A stretch of 62,066 nucleotides of DNA, filler included, from Hausera hauseri (Eukaryota): assembly GCA_046269625.1 (NCBI GenBank). It is 11 parts of 11 records of this genome, joined end to end, with 100 filler letters (N's around TTAATTAATTAA, not from the genome) between each part and the next. Parts side by side here need not be neighbours in the genome. Positions count along the whole stretch, not along the records: positions 1 to 4,384 come from JBJURY010607443.1; positions 4,485 to 9,021 come from JBJURY010536787.1; positions 9,122 to 13,408 come from JBJURY010655107.1; positions 13,509 to 17,832 come from JBJURY010634553.1; 7 more parts are not named here. One strand, given 5' to 3'. The notes below the pieces were generated by a model, which was not told where the DNA came from, did no database searches, and saw only the letters and a list, made by a program, of their open reading frames with translations. A program made the translations under genes and the position numbers. Shown here in pieces: positions 1 through 13,813 of this stretch; position 1 is the first letter of the stretch, and each line of letters opens with the position of its first letter.

Positions 1-3000
1 ATTATATTTGTGAAGTAAATAAATAAAATTTTTGATTCTCAGGCTCTATCCTTGTGATATTAACTGAAGACGGTTTGTTAAGTCGATTCTTAACTACTCA
101 CAAAAATCTTTTACCCCAAATAATTTTACGAATAGAAATATACACTTAATTCGTGTTTTGAACTCGCATCGCCCTCCCGATACCAATTGTACAGAAATAA
201 ATCGCTTCTCGATAATAAAATCCCCGATTATTACTCGTCTAGTCCTAGTTTTAAACTTGAACTCGCTATAAGGCTAAGACTAGCCTGACCTTCAATTGTT
301 AAAGCAAATTTAAAACTAAATACTAAATTTAACAATATGCGATTAGAATTGATCTTTATGTAATGTGGTAGATTCAGAAACAGTTAGAAGGCCACAGAAA
401 AATTTTAAATGCGTGATTAATATCAAAGTACTTGACTCACGTTACTAATGATTTCAAAACTTAAAATAGGTTTTAGCGTGTATGGTTTTGTTTTTAAAAA
501 ATATCGGGTAATTCAAAATTCAATAAGGCAATCAGTATTTTTCAGCTCGTTTTTAATCATAACTTAACGGTAAGTAATTAAGACATGAAAATAATTTTAC
601 TAACAATATTTGTCAAACTCGTTCCTAATGCGACCGGAAATTTGCTTAATATGTAAATGAGTTTTCATACTAACAAGGTGAGAGACCTCTCTGAAAATGG
701 GATTTTAATTTGCACAAAAAGATAAAATTTTATGCTGAATCTGAATATATAATTATATTTGGTTGGTATCGTGTGGTATTATTATTTCGAGACTTAAAAC
801 TTTCCAAAAATATACTTTGTGTAAATAATTAATTTTTAATAAATTTGAAAAAACGTTTCAAATGTAATATCAGAAAAACTCAACCAGCATTCTCGATGTA
901 ATTTAACCAATTTGCTATACGTAAATACTTAATCGACTTTCTTTGCAAATATTGAAAATTTGATAAACTAACATTTCATATATTGTATAAATTAATTAGA
1001 CCATCTTGCTTTTTGGAGTTCAACTGATTCGCTTATATGTGTGTAAATGGTGTATTTATAAATTTGAAATGTTTGCTCAAATTTTTTAAGACTCAGAATA
1101 ATAATACCACACGATGCCAGCAAAATCCAATTACATGTTCATATTCAGTATAAAATTTTGTCTCAGTATGCAAATTTGAATACATACCTTGAACACAAAA
1201 TATTTAATGCAATACAATTACAGAAGAAATAAATTGTTAAGCGTTACAACACTGAAGGTATTACTTATGGCTTTTGCATGTGTGGATGTTCTTTAATGTA
1301 TTAACAGTGTATACAAAAGAAAGCGTGTGCTAAATACTTAAAATCTGGACAAAAATGTTTTGAGAACTACAAAATTGATAACTCTTGTAGAGTCTTACGT
1401 TTCATCATTTATTTTTAAATCAAACACAGCTTTGAAAAATGTGTTATTCATCGTGGATTTTCAATTTAATTATTGGATTTGAATTCAAATAAATGGCGAT
1501 CAATCAAACCATTGACTGACAAAAGCATCTATTAGATAACCGCCAACTGACGAAAAATAAACTATACGAACACAGATTCGGGCTACGAACTCAATAATTA
1601 GGATGAAAATCGTTTGTCAGACGAGGAGGAAGAGATAAGTTGGAAGAAAGCAAGCAGCTTGACATAGAATGGAACTCAAACATCGCAAAAGTTAACAGAG
1701 AAGCTGATATTTTCAACGGTAATGCTCTACGATTCACTTCAGAGTTATTTTAAAGAAAGTACAACAAAAGACACAGGAGAGTGTTTCCCAATGATCATTC
1801 TTAAAGATAACATATGAATGAACGTCGTACGATACTGTGAATAAATTTTTTCAGTTTTTTTCAGTTTGGTTTTTATTTTGACTGATTTCGGAGGGTCTAT
1901 GGAAAGGATTAATTAATTGCCCATCATTCGATTGTAAAGTCCGCCGTATACTTATAATTTCTAATATTGAAATTATGAAAAAATATAAAATCTGATTATT
2001 CAAACAAATTCTAAACAAAAATAAATACACAATCTCAAACCAAAATACGGTGATATTGTACTATCTATCGAGTATTCTTAATTAACAGATAAATATACTA
2101 TTAAAAAGCTATGAAAAACAACATTTTTTAATATTTCAAACTACCGCCATTGCTTTGTATGTTTATTGATAGTTATTATAATTGGCGGCTATATTAAGGG
2201 CTCTGTTGGCAATTTCGGTTTTGACGTGAAGCCTAAATAAAAGTTTACCTACTGTTAAATAAATTTCTTATAAAATCAATGATAATGCAGAATGGTATTA
2301 GTTGCAAATTCAGACAGTTACCGACCGCGTCACATTTGTTTAACAGTAATAACTAATAATGAGTACGTAATTAAACCAGTCAAGTCTAAAGTTGTGTGCA
2401 TAACACTTAGCTAAATCATCTAAATTATCGTCATCATTGTCATCATCAATAGATGAGTTAAACAGCTTTTATTTCAGCGATTCAAACAGACTTTACAAAG
2501 AAATGTCATGATCAACTACGAATCATTGTTCGAGTTAAACGAGTTTGTTAATATTTAATATGTGAAATAACGTGTTTTTGGACGATGATTTTTCAATTGA
2601 TTTCAAACGCAATAGTGCTTTTGTAAGCTCCATTTTTATCAAAGTATAACAAATGAATAAATAAATGATAATTCGTTAATTTTGCTGAGCTAATGTTCCT
2701 TTAATATTCGGAAGATTTGTCTATCTAAATGGTATCCGTATAATTAACACTCGAATATTCTCTCATGTATAAATTTAATCTATGCACATGAATACCACGC
2801 AGACTATAGCTCGCATATTCGATGGACAGGATATTAAAAGGGGGTGGAATTTGGTCAAGCGCGAAATGCTGTCACATTCAACAAAGCTCCAATGACGTTT
2901 TTTCGTTTCGTAGTCGACATTTTTTCATATTATTAATGAACATTATATTTTACACGTCCCTCTGACTATTTGTTGATCATGTGCAAAATACTTTTTGATA

Positions 3001-3607
3001 GGACACTTATAAAATACCAACATTTCGTTTCTTCCATTGGTGACTAGAAATGTTAGTTTGAAATACCATTGATGTACCAAATACCGTAAAACGGTCTTTT
3101 TTGAGGACAAAATACAACGGCGTCATTATCAGCACCTATCGAGAATCTGAATCGTACCTTTGTCATGAAATACTTTTAAAGAAATTGGGGTTACGAGAAT
3201 TTCAAAATTGATGTAGTATGAACAGATAATTTCGCGGAGCGATATGTGAATCTGATGGCTGAATTTGACACTTATATATAATGAAAACGAGTTGCTATAC
3301 ATTAAATCAGATCCTTTATGATGTAAGTAAATAACATTAATACAAACACATTACCCCAATATCCCAACACCACATTAGACATGGATTCGTACTTATATAG
3401 TATCGCCATCGAAAAATCATTGCCGTACTTATTCACAATATTCCCGGTCCAGTCATAAATTTAAGGAAGAAATCGTTGTTAAATGTCAGTGATAGTACAT
3501 ATATTTACACTATATGAATCTATTTGGCAACAATAACCTACAAAAACAAAGAAAAACATTCATTTGTATAAAAATAAAATATGGTAATGAAATTCAAAAT
3601 TTTCTAC

Positions 3608-4000
3608 CTTTCATTGAACTAATTCCATTTTTATTTTCTGAATCCTTTTCAGAGAGTTTATTTCTGTCGACGAATTCATTGAAGCACTCAACACAAACCG
3701 AATATCCGCACTTTCGACAAACCCAATGAGTATTGAAAATACTCGTATCACAGACATCGCACATTTCACGTACTCCTTGAACCGGTCTCTTCCAAACCAA
3801 TTCGTCAAGTTCGGATTTGGATGCTTTAATTCCATTAGAAAGGAAACTTTTTTTCCGAATACACGCTTTCGAATCGGGATCATTGTGACTACCATACGAT
3901 TCTTTAACAAATTGACTTTCGGCATCAATTATTTCGCAGAAAATTTCACTAAGCATTTCGATGTAATATGATGCTGATGATACAGATAAGTCCGTAGGCA
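3608..4000 (-). CDS. Exon of a KDM3/JMJD1-family histone demethylase (C6 zinc-finger region)
   Basis: [38 protein letters not shown] matches the KDM3A/B/JMJD1C zinc-finger signature. It is flanked by a ttttctAG acceptor and a GTagaa donor. Other exons were not identified. Confidence 0.85.
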
Positions 4001-4284
4001 CTAGAAAATAACAGAATGCATTGTAATGCTAAATAAACTAAATTTACGATGCAAAAGTTATATCAACATCTAAAACTTTGATAGTTAAATGGAAAAAACG
4101 AAACAAATTAATTGACAAGAGTTCCAACACACTGGATAAAGAGATAGATAAAGTGGCCATTGCTGTTTTTGATCAAGTGAATAATTACAAAATATTCAAG
4201 AAAATTTTGGTCATAAGTTCATTGTGAGGATAGGTAGATGTTGTTCCTGACAAACAAGGAATACTTACAAGGAAACGAATTGTC

Positions 4285-4384
4285 AATCTGGATTTTTTAT
4301 AACAAATAGACAGAGAGATGTGCAAAATATAATGATGATTACTAATGTGAAAAAATTTGGAAAGAAATTCAAAAAACGCATTTG
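4285..4384. repeat. Dispersed AT-rich repeat (MITE-like family); further copies at ~2845-2880, ~45245-45385 and, inverted, ~45645-45752
   Basis: Shared blocks cagagagat(g/a)tgcaaaatataat, tatttgttataaaaaatccagat and aattt..caag.gc.aaatgctgt.acatt occur at these positions. Confidence 0.7.
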
Positions 4385-4484
4385 NNNNNNNNNNNNNNNN
4401 NNNNNNNNNNNNNNNNNNNNNNNNNNNNTTAATTAATTAANNNNNNNNNNNNNNNNNNNNNNNNNNNNNNNNNNNNNNNNNNNN
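4385..4484. other. Artificial contig spacer N44-TTAATTAATTAA-N44; repeated at 9022, 13409, 17833, 22974, 29403, 43361, 48329, 52661 and 57017
   Basis: The same 100-nt linker, with stops in all six frames, occurs ten times. No synteny can be inferred across it. Confidence 0.98.
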
Positions 4485-4984
4485 AACGAATTTTTCCTTT
4501 TCTAACCGAGATATTGGATCGTGACTATTAGAAAACTATCAAAATGGAAACAATGACGGATCACATTGTCAAAAAGATGAACAAAATCAAGAACTGCTTT
4601 GGAACCAAGGGGATGCTCTTTTCTTTGGTGCCCAGAAGCGCCACGATATAATTTTAAATCAAACCAATATACACTTAATCCACATAAATGTCAATTTTTG
4701 AATCCAAAAGTTTGGGCTTGTTACAGATGAATTGTTTCAATGAATTATTTCCAAAATATGTAACTATATGTTCGTCAATGCTGCAATGTTCTTCAAAAGA
4801 ATCCAAATTCTTTGAAGGAAATATTCAAACTATTCACTTAAATTAGAGAGGAGTTCATGGTAACATTTTCCAGAGTTTATGTGCCGTTACAGATAGGATG
4901 GAATTTGGTAATCTATATAATTCCTATATCACATACATACTCCCCGTGTATTACATGCATATTACTCATATTACCTAAATAACA

Positions 4985-5205
4985 CTTGCATTTTACACAC
5001 ACAGATATATATCTGAGCTATACCTTTCCTCTGCTTAGTTGCATTTTACATGCAGAAACATGCACATGCATACCATATATCTTAATCATCCATTTATCAA
5101 GTTACTCGCATATTACACACACACAAACATGCACACACGACATTTATTTGAGCCATTCCTTTCTCAAGTTACTTCATTTTACCCACTCAAACACACACAC
5201 TCTAT
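4985..5205. repeat. Degenerate tandem repeat, ~60-65 bp unit, 3-4 copies
   Basis: Recurring block (t/g)cat(t/a)ttacac...ata(t)..tgagc...cc(t/a)tt..tcaagttac just downstream of the pPolB 3' end. Confidence 0.5.
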
Positions 5206-5398
5206 AAAAGCATTTAGAGTTGTGAGAAAGTTATATTGTTATAAAATACATGTGTTATTAAATTAGTTGGCCTAATCCTACATAGTAGATACTTATTTTT
5301 ACTTGGCCTTATCCTATATCCCACATTACTAGATCATGAAGACAACACGAAATTTTTATACAAGATTTATTAAACAAAGAATAACAATGTGTACATAT

Positions 5399-8300
5399 TT
5401 ACAGTGCCACATGTCCGTGAGGTAGTGTATGGATTCCATCACCCCGGATCTACCTCTTGTCATCCATCCAGTCTAGGCTTTTCTTCGGTAATATTACTGT
5501 TTCAATGTTATTAGCCCTATACTGGATCCTTAGCATCTCTCATATAATATGAGTCTGGTCATCAAGAACTCTAACATAATCATTGAAGCCAATATTCTTG
5601 GCTAAGGTCGCCCATTGAACTCCTTTAGTCTGCTTCTTTACTTGGCCATATATATCAATGGCATACATTTTAGATCTAAGAGCTACAAATCTTAAGATGA
5701 TTGCTCCATTTACCTCGTATTTGAATTTCCCAAGGAATTTTTATTGGCTATTGAATAGTTGAGATGTTCCTTCGAATAATCCGAGGTATCCATGTGATGT
5801 TTCAATTGGGCAAAGTCCTTATAAATATCATCTGTATGGATCTGATAGATGAAAAAATCAGTATCAATATACATCGGCTGCGTAGACTCGAATCTGGGGA
5901 CAATGATGTCATAGTACAATTTGTACATCAGGGTCTTTGACAGGTCCAGTATTGCCATATCCACATATATTGGCTTGTTGAATTGCAAGGATGTTTTCAG
6001 CATATGGATGCTGACTACGTTCTCCGCATATATGTTGCTGCTGTGGAAGTTAGGCTTGGCAATGAGCTTCTTTCTCCGCTTCTACTCAGAGACCATTTCT
6101 GTGTTGATCCTGTTGCGGATACCTTCCATGGTCTTGCCAAAAAGGCGGTTGTTGTATAGCGTAAATTGATCCTTCGCAAAGTCGTTCTTGGCATTGGTCC
6201 GCAGCTTGATACTGAGATCTATGTACGGCTGCAGCCACATGCACTAGAAGAACCGCATGGCTCGATGGATCTTAATAACGCAGGGCCCATTTCTGACCGC
6301 TTGCTGGAGATTTATGTAGTGGACTACATATTTATCCCGATTTCCATGATGGCATAGTAACTTTTTTAATCCCCCATTCGGGGGTTTTTTGCTCTCAGGA
6401 AGGAAAGGCAGCTGCTCATACATAATGTGGATAGAAGCTAAATATTCCTTATCTACCTCCAGTATGTAGCCCGTATCTCCAGCGGGATCCAGGTCCAGTA
6501 TAGGGATGTCTTCGGGATGCTCAACCCACTTGAAGTAATCATATGGCAGTGGGGTGCACATTGCCCATCCATACAAGTTGTTGGCATCCAGATATAATAT
6601 ATATGAGGATTTCTTTGTTGGGTCACATTCGGCAATATGTTTGTTATTTGCAATACTATTCCGACGAATGGCCTGGAATATTCCACCTCTAATGCATCTC
6701 TCGATCATAAGGATCATATTACAATTCTTAATGATCTGCAGCCTAATACCCGTATAGCGCAACATTGCTGCCAAGCTCATTCCTGGAGCTGTAATAAAAT
6801 GAGCCGGATCCAATGCATGACTCTTCATTGTAACATCCCTGAAACTCTCAAAGATATCTGTCGGCAGCAGCAGCACGTCCCTCTTTAGGTATATGTTACT
6901 GTATTCTCCTAATGTTCGGCATTGGAATGCATGCCACACATTTTGAGCATTCTGGTAATCCATATCACTTATATCGCAATCAGAGAGGATATTGTAAAAA
7001 TCCGTCTTGGCAAGCAATGAGGTCTCATCCATTGTTTCCCATGAGGTTATGTAGTCATAAGGAAACACGCCTTTACCCTTGACGAGGCCAAATGCAGTGG
7101 GGAACAACTACTTCGTCTCCTTGAGTTCTTCTGCAGGGAGATTCTTCACTAAACTATCCAGTGACGAGCTCATGAAGCGGAAACTGTCTATGAAGCGAAG
7201 CCTGATTTTCTCAACATGCTTGGTAAAGGTGATGTATTTTTCCTCACTGTTGGGGATCACATCAATGTTTCCTTCAATGCTGCCCAGTTCCCGAACAATG
7301 AAGTGGGAATCATAGCCACTGAGGTTGTGAAACACTACAAGCACATATGTACATGTTTTGCAACGTTGATTGCAGTTGTTGCATGCTCCCCTTCGATATG
7401 CATCTGTAAAATGGCAGTGATCCCTGACTTTATAATTATCCTTAGTGAATGATTTTGAGCTCAAGTAACATGTTGCCTTGCGCCATTCATCTTCTTGTTT
7501 CCACGACATGCTCGTATTATCCTTATGCTCCTGAAGCATGTTTTCGAGCTTATGAGCCATGTCCTCACGTCTCTTCATGAAATGTGCTGCTGCGTCTGGA
7601 CCTCTGAATAGAAATGGTTCACTGTCCAGCCCTTTGCCATACATGCAATATGATGAGAGCTCATGATATTGGTATGCCGTTGTGATGCTTTGTTGGGAAT
7701 TTGGACTGCAACTCTGAATTGGACGCAGAATAGCCTCAAAGTCGCAAAAGATAACTATTGGGACCTTGATCTTCTTCTTGAACTCCTTGAATTCAATGTA
7801 ATCCTCGTTTAGAAATCCTGGCCTGATACAATAATTGTTGTTGCAGTACATCTTGTGCTCCTTCAGCTTCTCCGCAGCTAACTTTCCGCTGAAATGGGAC
7901 AAGCATCGTTTGCATATTTCGATTTTTTCCTTATATTTCGTAATTTTGGATCTGACTAAACGTTTAAAGTTCTTTATCCAGATTAAATGCCTCTTTTCAC
8001 CATCGTTTAGTAGAAGCAGATCCCTACGGTCTTCCAATTCAGCATCACATCTGCGGGGGATAGAATTTGTCCTCCTCATCTAATCCCAAGATATTGATTG
8101 ATATATTGTTGAGTCATCCGAATTTTTTGACTTCATCTATGGATGGTGGGAACTTGATACATTGGAAGTCATAGTTGTGCTGCACATCCTTATATAGCCA
8201 AACTCGTGAAGCATGATTTTGATCCGTTACGAGTTTTGATAGAATAGCATACATGAAACACATGTTGTCGTTATTATTGACATAGACACATGCTTTTTTA

Positions 8301-9021
8301 TTAGCGATCCAATCAGGGAGCCGAATATATGAACTGCCCCGCATGGGAGAGTACTTGTGCACATACACAGGCAATCTCTTGATGGTTGCCAGAGTCCATC
8401 CGCTCTTCTTATGCTGGCTCTCCTCGGCTTCACTTATCAGCTTCTCATGCGCCTCTTATATCCATTCTGCTATGTTGGTGTTTTCCAATATGTGTCTATT
8501 TTTGGCCTTGAAGGCCCTATTGAATTCTTCGCCATTAACATTGATGTATGTGGCCTCCACTTTCATATTCACCTTAAGGGCTTTGAGCTCAGCCATGTTG
8601 TCATGAAGAATCCCCTTTGTCTCGTCCTTTCTGTATAACAGGAAATCTTGGAGGGTTGTTTAAGCAGTTGCTTCAATAACATATCTGTGGCATTTTCTAT
8701 TTAATGCTGTCCCATAAACTGGCATCCATCTTTGGCTTTATGATGGAGCCGCTGCGTATCATGTGGTTGCGCCTGATGTTGCGCATGATGCTGCGCATGA
8801 TGCGGTTGCGCGTTTTAATTCTCTAATATGCTTCGCTACTGCTGCACCAGATTCAGCAGCATAATGTGATGTATCATACTACGAAGCAGATGCATCAAGA
8901 TTATGTTGCTCATTAATGATGGCCTTCTTTGATTTGATGCGAAGTGACTCAAATGATGTTTGTGATCATAATAGAACTGAATGTAATCTGTGCCGCATAC
9001 AGTCTCACATCCTGGGCAAAT
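5399..9021 (-). pseudogene. Polinton/Maverick (adintovirus-like) protein-primed family B DNA polymerase, decayed
   Basis: Ordered motifs across stop- and frameshift-broken ORFs: GSSYIRLP...NNNDNMCFMYAILS and HLIWIKN (OTU-like), FCDFEA (Exo I), VRDHCHF..YRRGACNNCN (EndoVII-like), FHNLSGYD (Exo II), KGVFPYDY, YLDANNLYGWAM (Pol A), YIDTD (Pol C), DDKR. Confidence 0.93.
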
Positions 9022-10194
9022 NNNNNNNNNNNNNNNNNNNNNNNNNNNNNNNNNNNNNNNNNNNNTTAATTAATTAANNNNNNNNNNNNNNNNNNNNNNN
9101 NNNNNNNNNNNNNNNNNNNNNTTATCAATACTTATATATCGATATATATATATATATATGAGTTTGCACTTCAGAAGTTTTCTCACGGGTGCAAATTTTA
9201 AAAGTTTTTGTAAAAATGAAAAATGTGTATTTTCGAATTCAGTATATGATGGTATTATTAAAAAAAATTTTTCGAAAAAAGTTTTTCGAACTCGAATATC
9301 TTTTGATCGAGTTTTCGAATAATTTTGGTTGGAAGGACAGAAACGTTCAGTTTTGCGAGCTCTATCGGATGTTATAGGTCGCAAGTCCGTGCGACTTAAG
9401 GAACTGAATATATATATCGATTCGAATATTTCGAAAAAAAATTTCAAAAGACTATATCTCAGCCCAATACGTCGTATTGACATGAGATCAAGTTTGTCGG
9501 AATCAGGAAAGTGTTCTTTATCGATTAAAATCTAAATTATCGATTTCCAATTTTTTCGAAAAAACTTGATATTTCAAATATTTTTTCATTTTACAGTATA
9601 CCCCTAGTCAATAGCTGCGATTTAAGCCAAAAATCACCTCAAAATGGTGTATGGATGCAGAGATATTCGTGGTTTTATGCAATAACGTAAAATCAATATA
9701 TCTCTGGACCGAATAAAGATAATTTAATGCTATTAAGTGCATATGAACAAGAATTAATTACTCTATCGATTAATATAGGTCTCATATCGATCGGAGGCTT
9801 AATATAGATTTTATCAATTTTTATAGCAAATCGATCTACACCCATTTTAGCGGATTAAGCACTTCAAGGTGCATAAAATGAGGTATTGGCCATTTCTGTA
9901 AGTTGAATTGGTGTAAAGATATAATCGTTTGAACAAGATTTTCTTTATTCAAAAAGGTATAAAAATCGATAAAATTGTATTTAAATGTTGAAAATCGAAC
10001 AACCCTTAAGCGTAGACAGATAGGAAACAATATATGAGGAAACGGAATCTGATGTCAGATAATCGAATACATTATTCAAAATCGAATCGAAGTCGTAAAC
10101 AAAATAAATTTTTTGTGTTGGTTTTTTTAAGCAGTAAAAAACTCAGAGGCCAGATGATTAGGAATCGCGGATCCCATGATTTTTTAGTAAGATG

Positions 10195-10335
10195 CCATTT
10201 TTCAAAAGTTGTCAGAAATTTCTTCAATCAAACTTTTTCGGGAAGATGGATCGGTCGTGGTTCATAATATTCTTGGCCACCTCGATACCCAGATTAAACA
10301 CCCATGGATTTTTTCTACGAGGTCGTGTAAAATCA
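10195..10335 (+). mobile_element. Tc1/mariner transposase remnant
   Basis: FSGRWIGRGS*YSWPPRYPD*TPMDFFLRGRVKS resembles the WIGR...WPPRSPDLTPLDFFLWG C-terminal motif. Confidence 0.75.
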
Positions 10336-10880
10336 ATTCGAATATCAAATTACAGTGGATCAGCTTTAAAATGTCTACGAAAATATGCAAGGCAGAATGG
10401 TAATTTGCCTTGGAAAATGATGGAAGTCTAGTTGAAGCATGATGTCATATAAATAAAATTTTATACCATTTATTATTAATGACTTAATTTATTTATTCGA
10501 CTTGTGCTATTAAAACTATTTAAATTGTTCATCAACAACAGTTATTTATGCACTCTGAATTGCGTATATGTGAACTAGATTAATTTTAATCACATTTTTC
10601 CATACTATTTGTGCATTCCGAAAGTATTTGGTGATGACAATGTTTAACTATTTTGCAAATTCATTAAAAATATTTCAACTTAGAATTATTGATTTAATGG
10701 ACATAAATTTACAAAATGAATTACATTTTAGGCAAATCTATCAGACTCCTTTATCCAATCAGGTAAGAACTATAAATATTAGTGACCAATATTCACTACG
10801 CAATTTGTTAATTCTAATCAGTACTCATAAGAAAAGCCCATCCGTACAAACAATTAGCAATAACGTCCAGAGAGAATTGC

Positions 10881-11292
10881 ATGACATTATGCCTCAAATT
10901 GAATGGACGGATTTATCCCTGCTTCATGGAAAATGCCGTTGAAAACGATTTACAATTCTGTGATGGTAACGGCAATTCTCTACTGCATTTGACTGCCTTG
11001 TTGATGGATACTGCTAATTGTGAGAAATTGCTGCAGAAAGGAGCAAAAATTGGAGTAATTAACAAATATAGACATACGGCATTGGTGGAACTCCTTGTTT
11101 ATCTCTATCAGTCAAAAAAGACAATTGTAAAAACTTATTTGAATGTTATTGTTCAATTTGTTTAGGATAATCATGTATTGTTAACAGTAAAGTCATTAGT
11201 AAAAGGTGGGGCTAACATAGAAGATGTAACCAATAAAGGTGAAACTGCATTGCAGATAGCAATTGGAATTGGCAATGAACCGTTAGAATAAT
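10881..11292 (+). CDS. Ankyrin-repeat protein segment (39-nt intron 11127-11165); possibly the 5' part of the downstream ANK-RING gene, or a pseudogene
   Basis: GNSLLHLTA, KGAKIGVINKYRHTALV and GGANIEDVTNKGETALQIAI ankyrin motifs. An in-frame TAA follows. Confidence 0.65.
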
Positions 11293-11897
11293 TTTTTAGT
11301 AAATGGGGAAATGGTATTAGTTCATAAGTAGTGTGAGATTACGTTGCTAGGCTGCATTGCTAGGTAGAACTGTCATGACACAGCGTTACTTGCACCCGGT
11401 TGCTGTCAGGCATTACTTTCAGACTTTTCCCGTGTCCTTTTAGATGTTTCACACGGTTCATTTTGACCGTTGCTATGGACTAACCTACGGACCTAAACTA
11501 ACCCCCAATCCTACATACAAACCCCCTTGTAATCATATACTAAATCCTAATTCTGTAATCATGATACAACCCACCTCCTCTCGTTATAATCCTGGAACTT
11601 ATCATGTACACCAATACTTTTCACACGGATTTGTTGCCCTTCTTAAACCGTTGCTCTGGAATATTTACACATTCGTAGACTTAGAAATTTGTAGACCGTT
11701 TCAATGAAACCGATACATCCAACAACCCTCGATGTAGGACTACCACCAATTTTACTTATACAACATAATCATGTCTATGAAAACAGTTCCGTAACCATCA
11801 CGTAGAGAACTGTTGCCATGGCAACATTTACTATAACAATGTAACTATATGACCAAATACCATTGTCACCAATTAATCCTCATATTTTATTTAATCA

Positions 11898-12917
11898 TTG
11901 AAATTCAGTTTACTGTTGGAAATGGTTCGATTTAGCCCACCATTGACAAAATTGACACGAACTGACTTTGCAAATTGTGTTAATGGGTTAATGCATCAAT
12001 TTCTGGAAAAAATCATTGCAAAATTACCAAATCAATTAGCATCTGATTACATCACCGGTGATGTCATACGACACAGCATTAAAATGTTTCCATCAACTAC
12101 AACAAAAATACTTTTCAGTCATGCCAATAGCAACGTGAAAGATGAAATTATTCCTGAGTTACTTTATGCAGCTGTTCAACGAAATGATGTTGCAGAATTC
12201 GATGAGTATTTACAAATATTCAGTGATAATTGGAAATGTATGACAAATGGCGAATCAATTTTGACGAGTTTAATCAAGGAGAAAAATGAAAGATTTTGTA
12301 AAAAACTTTGTCAATCAGACAAAGCAACGTCATTGATCCAACTTACTAACATGGATAACAGTACCCCATTGATTGTTGCCATAGAGACCGAATTTGACAT
12401 TATTGTTGATGACCTCATTACTGAAACAGTTTCAGTTGATCATGAAAATAAGTCAGGGGATACAGCGTTGTCAGTTTTGTTTAAAAAGGCATCTTCAGCT
12501 TCCCCAGTATGCACTTTTTTTGATTTTGAATTATTTTTCATTCGTAAGGAGAGGAGACAACGATTGATAATGTGGATGAAAAATCTTATCAGAAGTTCGG
12601 CCGACATCAACTATGTCAATAAGTTTAACAAACAAGCAATTGAATTTTGTACAGACAGAGATGTCAGATCAGAAATTGAAAGATTTTCCAGAATGCATCG
12701 CGGAGATCACAGAAATCCCCAAACATCGAATGTGATGAATGTGACGTTGTTACCTACTAATTTGGTATTTTAGATGTGCCCTGTTTGTTTCGATAAAGAT
12801 ATCAATCGTGTGTTACAATGCGGCCATACAGGATGCGATGTATGTTTAACTCAGTTGACAACATGTCCATTATGCAGGGAGGTCATAACAGATATTCGAC
12901 GAATGGTCTTGCCATGA
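11898..12917 (+). CDS. Ankyrin-repeat protein with C-terminal RING-HC finger (putative E3 ligase); 33-nt intron 12741-12773
   Basis: NSTPLIVAI and NKSGDTALSV ankyrin motifs. A phase-0 GT..AG intron joins the last exon MCPVCFDKDINRVLQCGHTGCDVCLTQLTTCPLCREVI (C3HC4). Confidence 0.8.
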
Positions 12918-13114
12918 CTTACTCATAAATTTTAACATGAATTATATTGTTTACTACTAAAAATATATAAAACAATCATTATTTGTGTTAAATAAGCGTC
13001 AAATAGAAACATATTAAAACATACCAGATTCGCCCGGTGACCTGTGGATTCTAAAAAGGTTGTTTGTATGGAAAACGTAAATACGCTTGAGTAGTGAGAA
13101 AATGTGCTTTCGGT

Positions 13115-13375
13115 CCCACCCCGGGGGGGCTTGATCGATAAATCGATTTTCCACATGTGCCGATCGATAGTGCACACTGTGCACTATCGATCCATAAAGT
13201 GCTTAGCAACGGTGTTGCTAGGCACCGTTGCTAAGGGCACTTTTCACTTATTGATCGCTGCACAGTGCAGTATTGATCGAATCGATCGGGAAGAGTGCTA
13301 ATCGATAGAGCACATCAAGGCGCATCGATTAGTGCACAGTGCAAGTGTGCAGCACATGTGCAAGTGTGCAAAAAT
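13115..13375. repeat. Cluster of palindromes/hairpins at a contig end
   Basis: Perfect 15-bp arms 13162-13176/13178-13192, a 13-bp stem 13202-13214/13223-13235, and many ATCGAT and TGCACA words. Confidence 0.75.
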
Positions 13376-13813
13376 CAATAATATTGGATTTTCGAGTTTT
13401 CAAAAATCNNNNNNNNNNNNNNNNNNNNNNNNNNNNNNNNNNNNNNNNNNNNTTAATTAATTAANNNNNNNNNNNNNNNNNNNNNNNNNNNNNNNNNNNN
13501 NNNNNNNNTTGATTTGACGTGATTTTGTGATTTGTGATTAATGCTTAATAAACTTATTTGCATTTGTAGTGTTAAATTGACTTTTTAATACTTTATTAAA
13601 ATTTAATTATAACTAACGTTTTCTTAGTCATCATTTAATATGAAGGAAATTAAATATCTATATAAAACAGAAAGAAAAGGTCTGTGAACAAAAATACAAT
13701 ACTGTGACATAACAACAATAAAAATCACAAGATTTCAGTAATTGTTACAATGTACAAATGACTGTAACTGTCTGTCTAGAATCGTTGGAGCACATAAGGA
13801 ATCACGTGTGCGT

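Noticed and set aside
9122-10060. Region rich in TCGA/ATCGAT words and imperfect inverted repeats, including a 137-aa ORF
   Set aside because: Looks like a non-coding non-autonomous transposon body. Its ends could not be defined and the ORF has no protein-like motifs.
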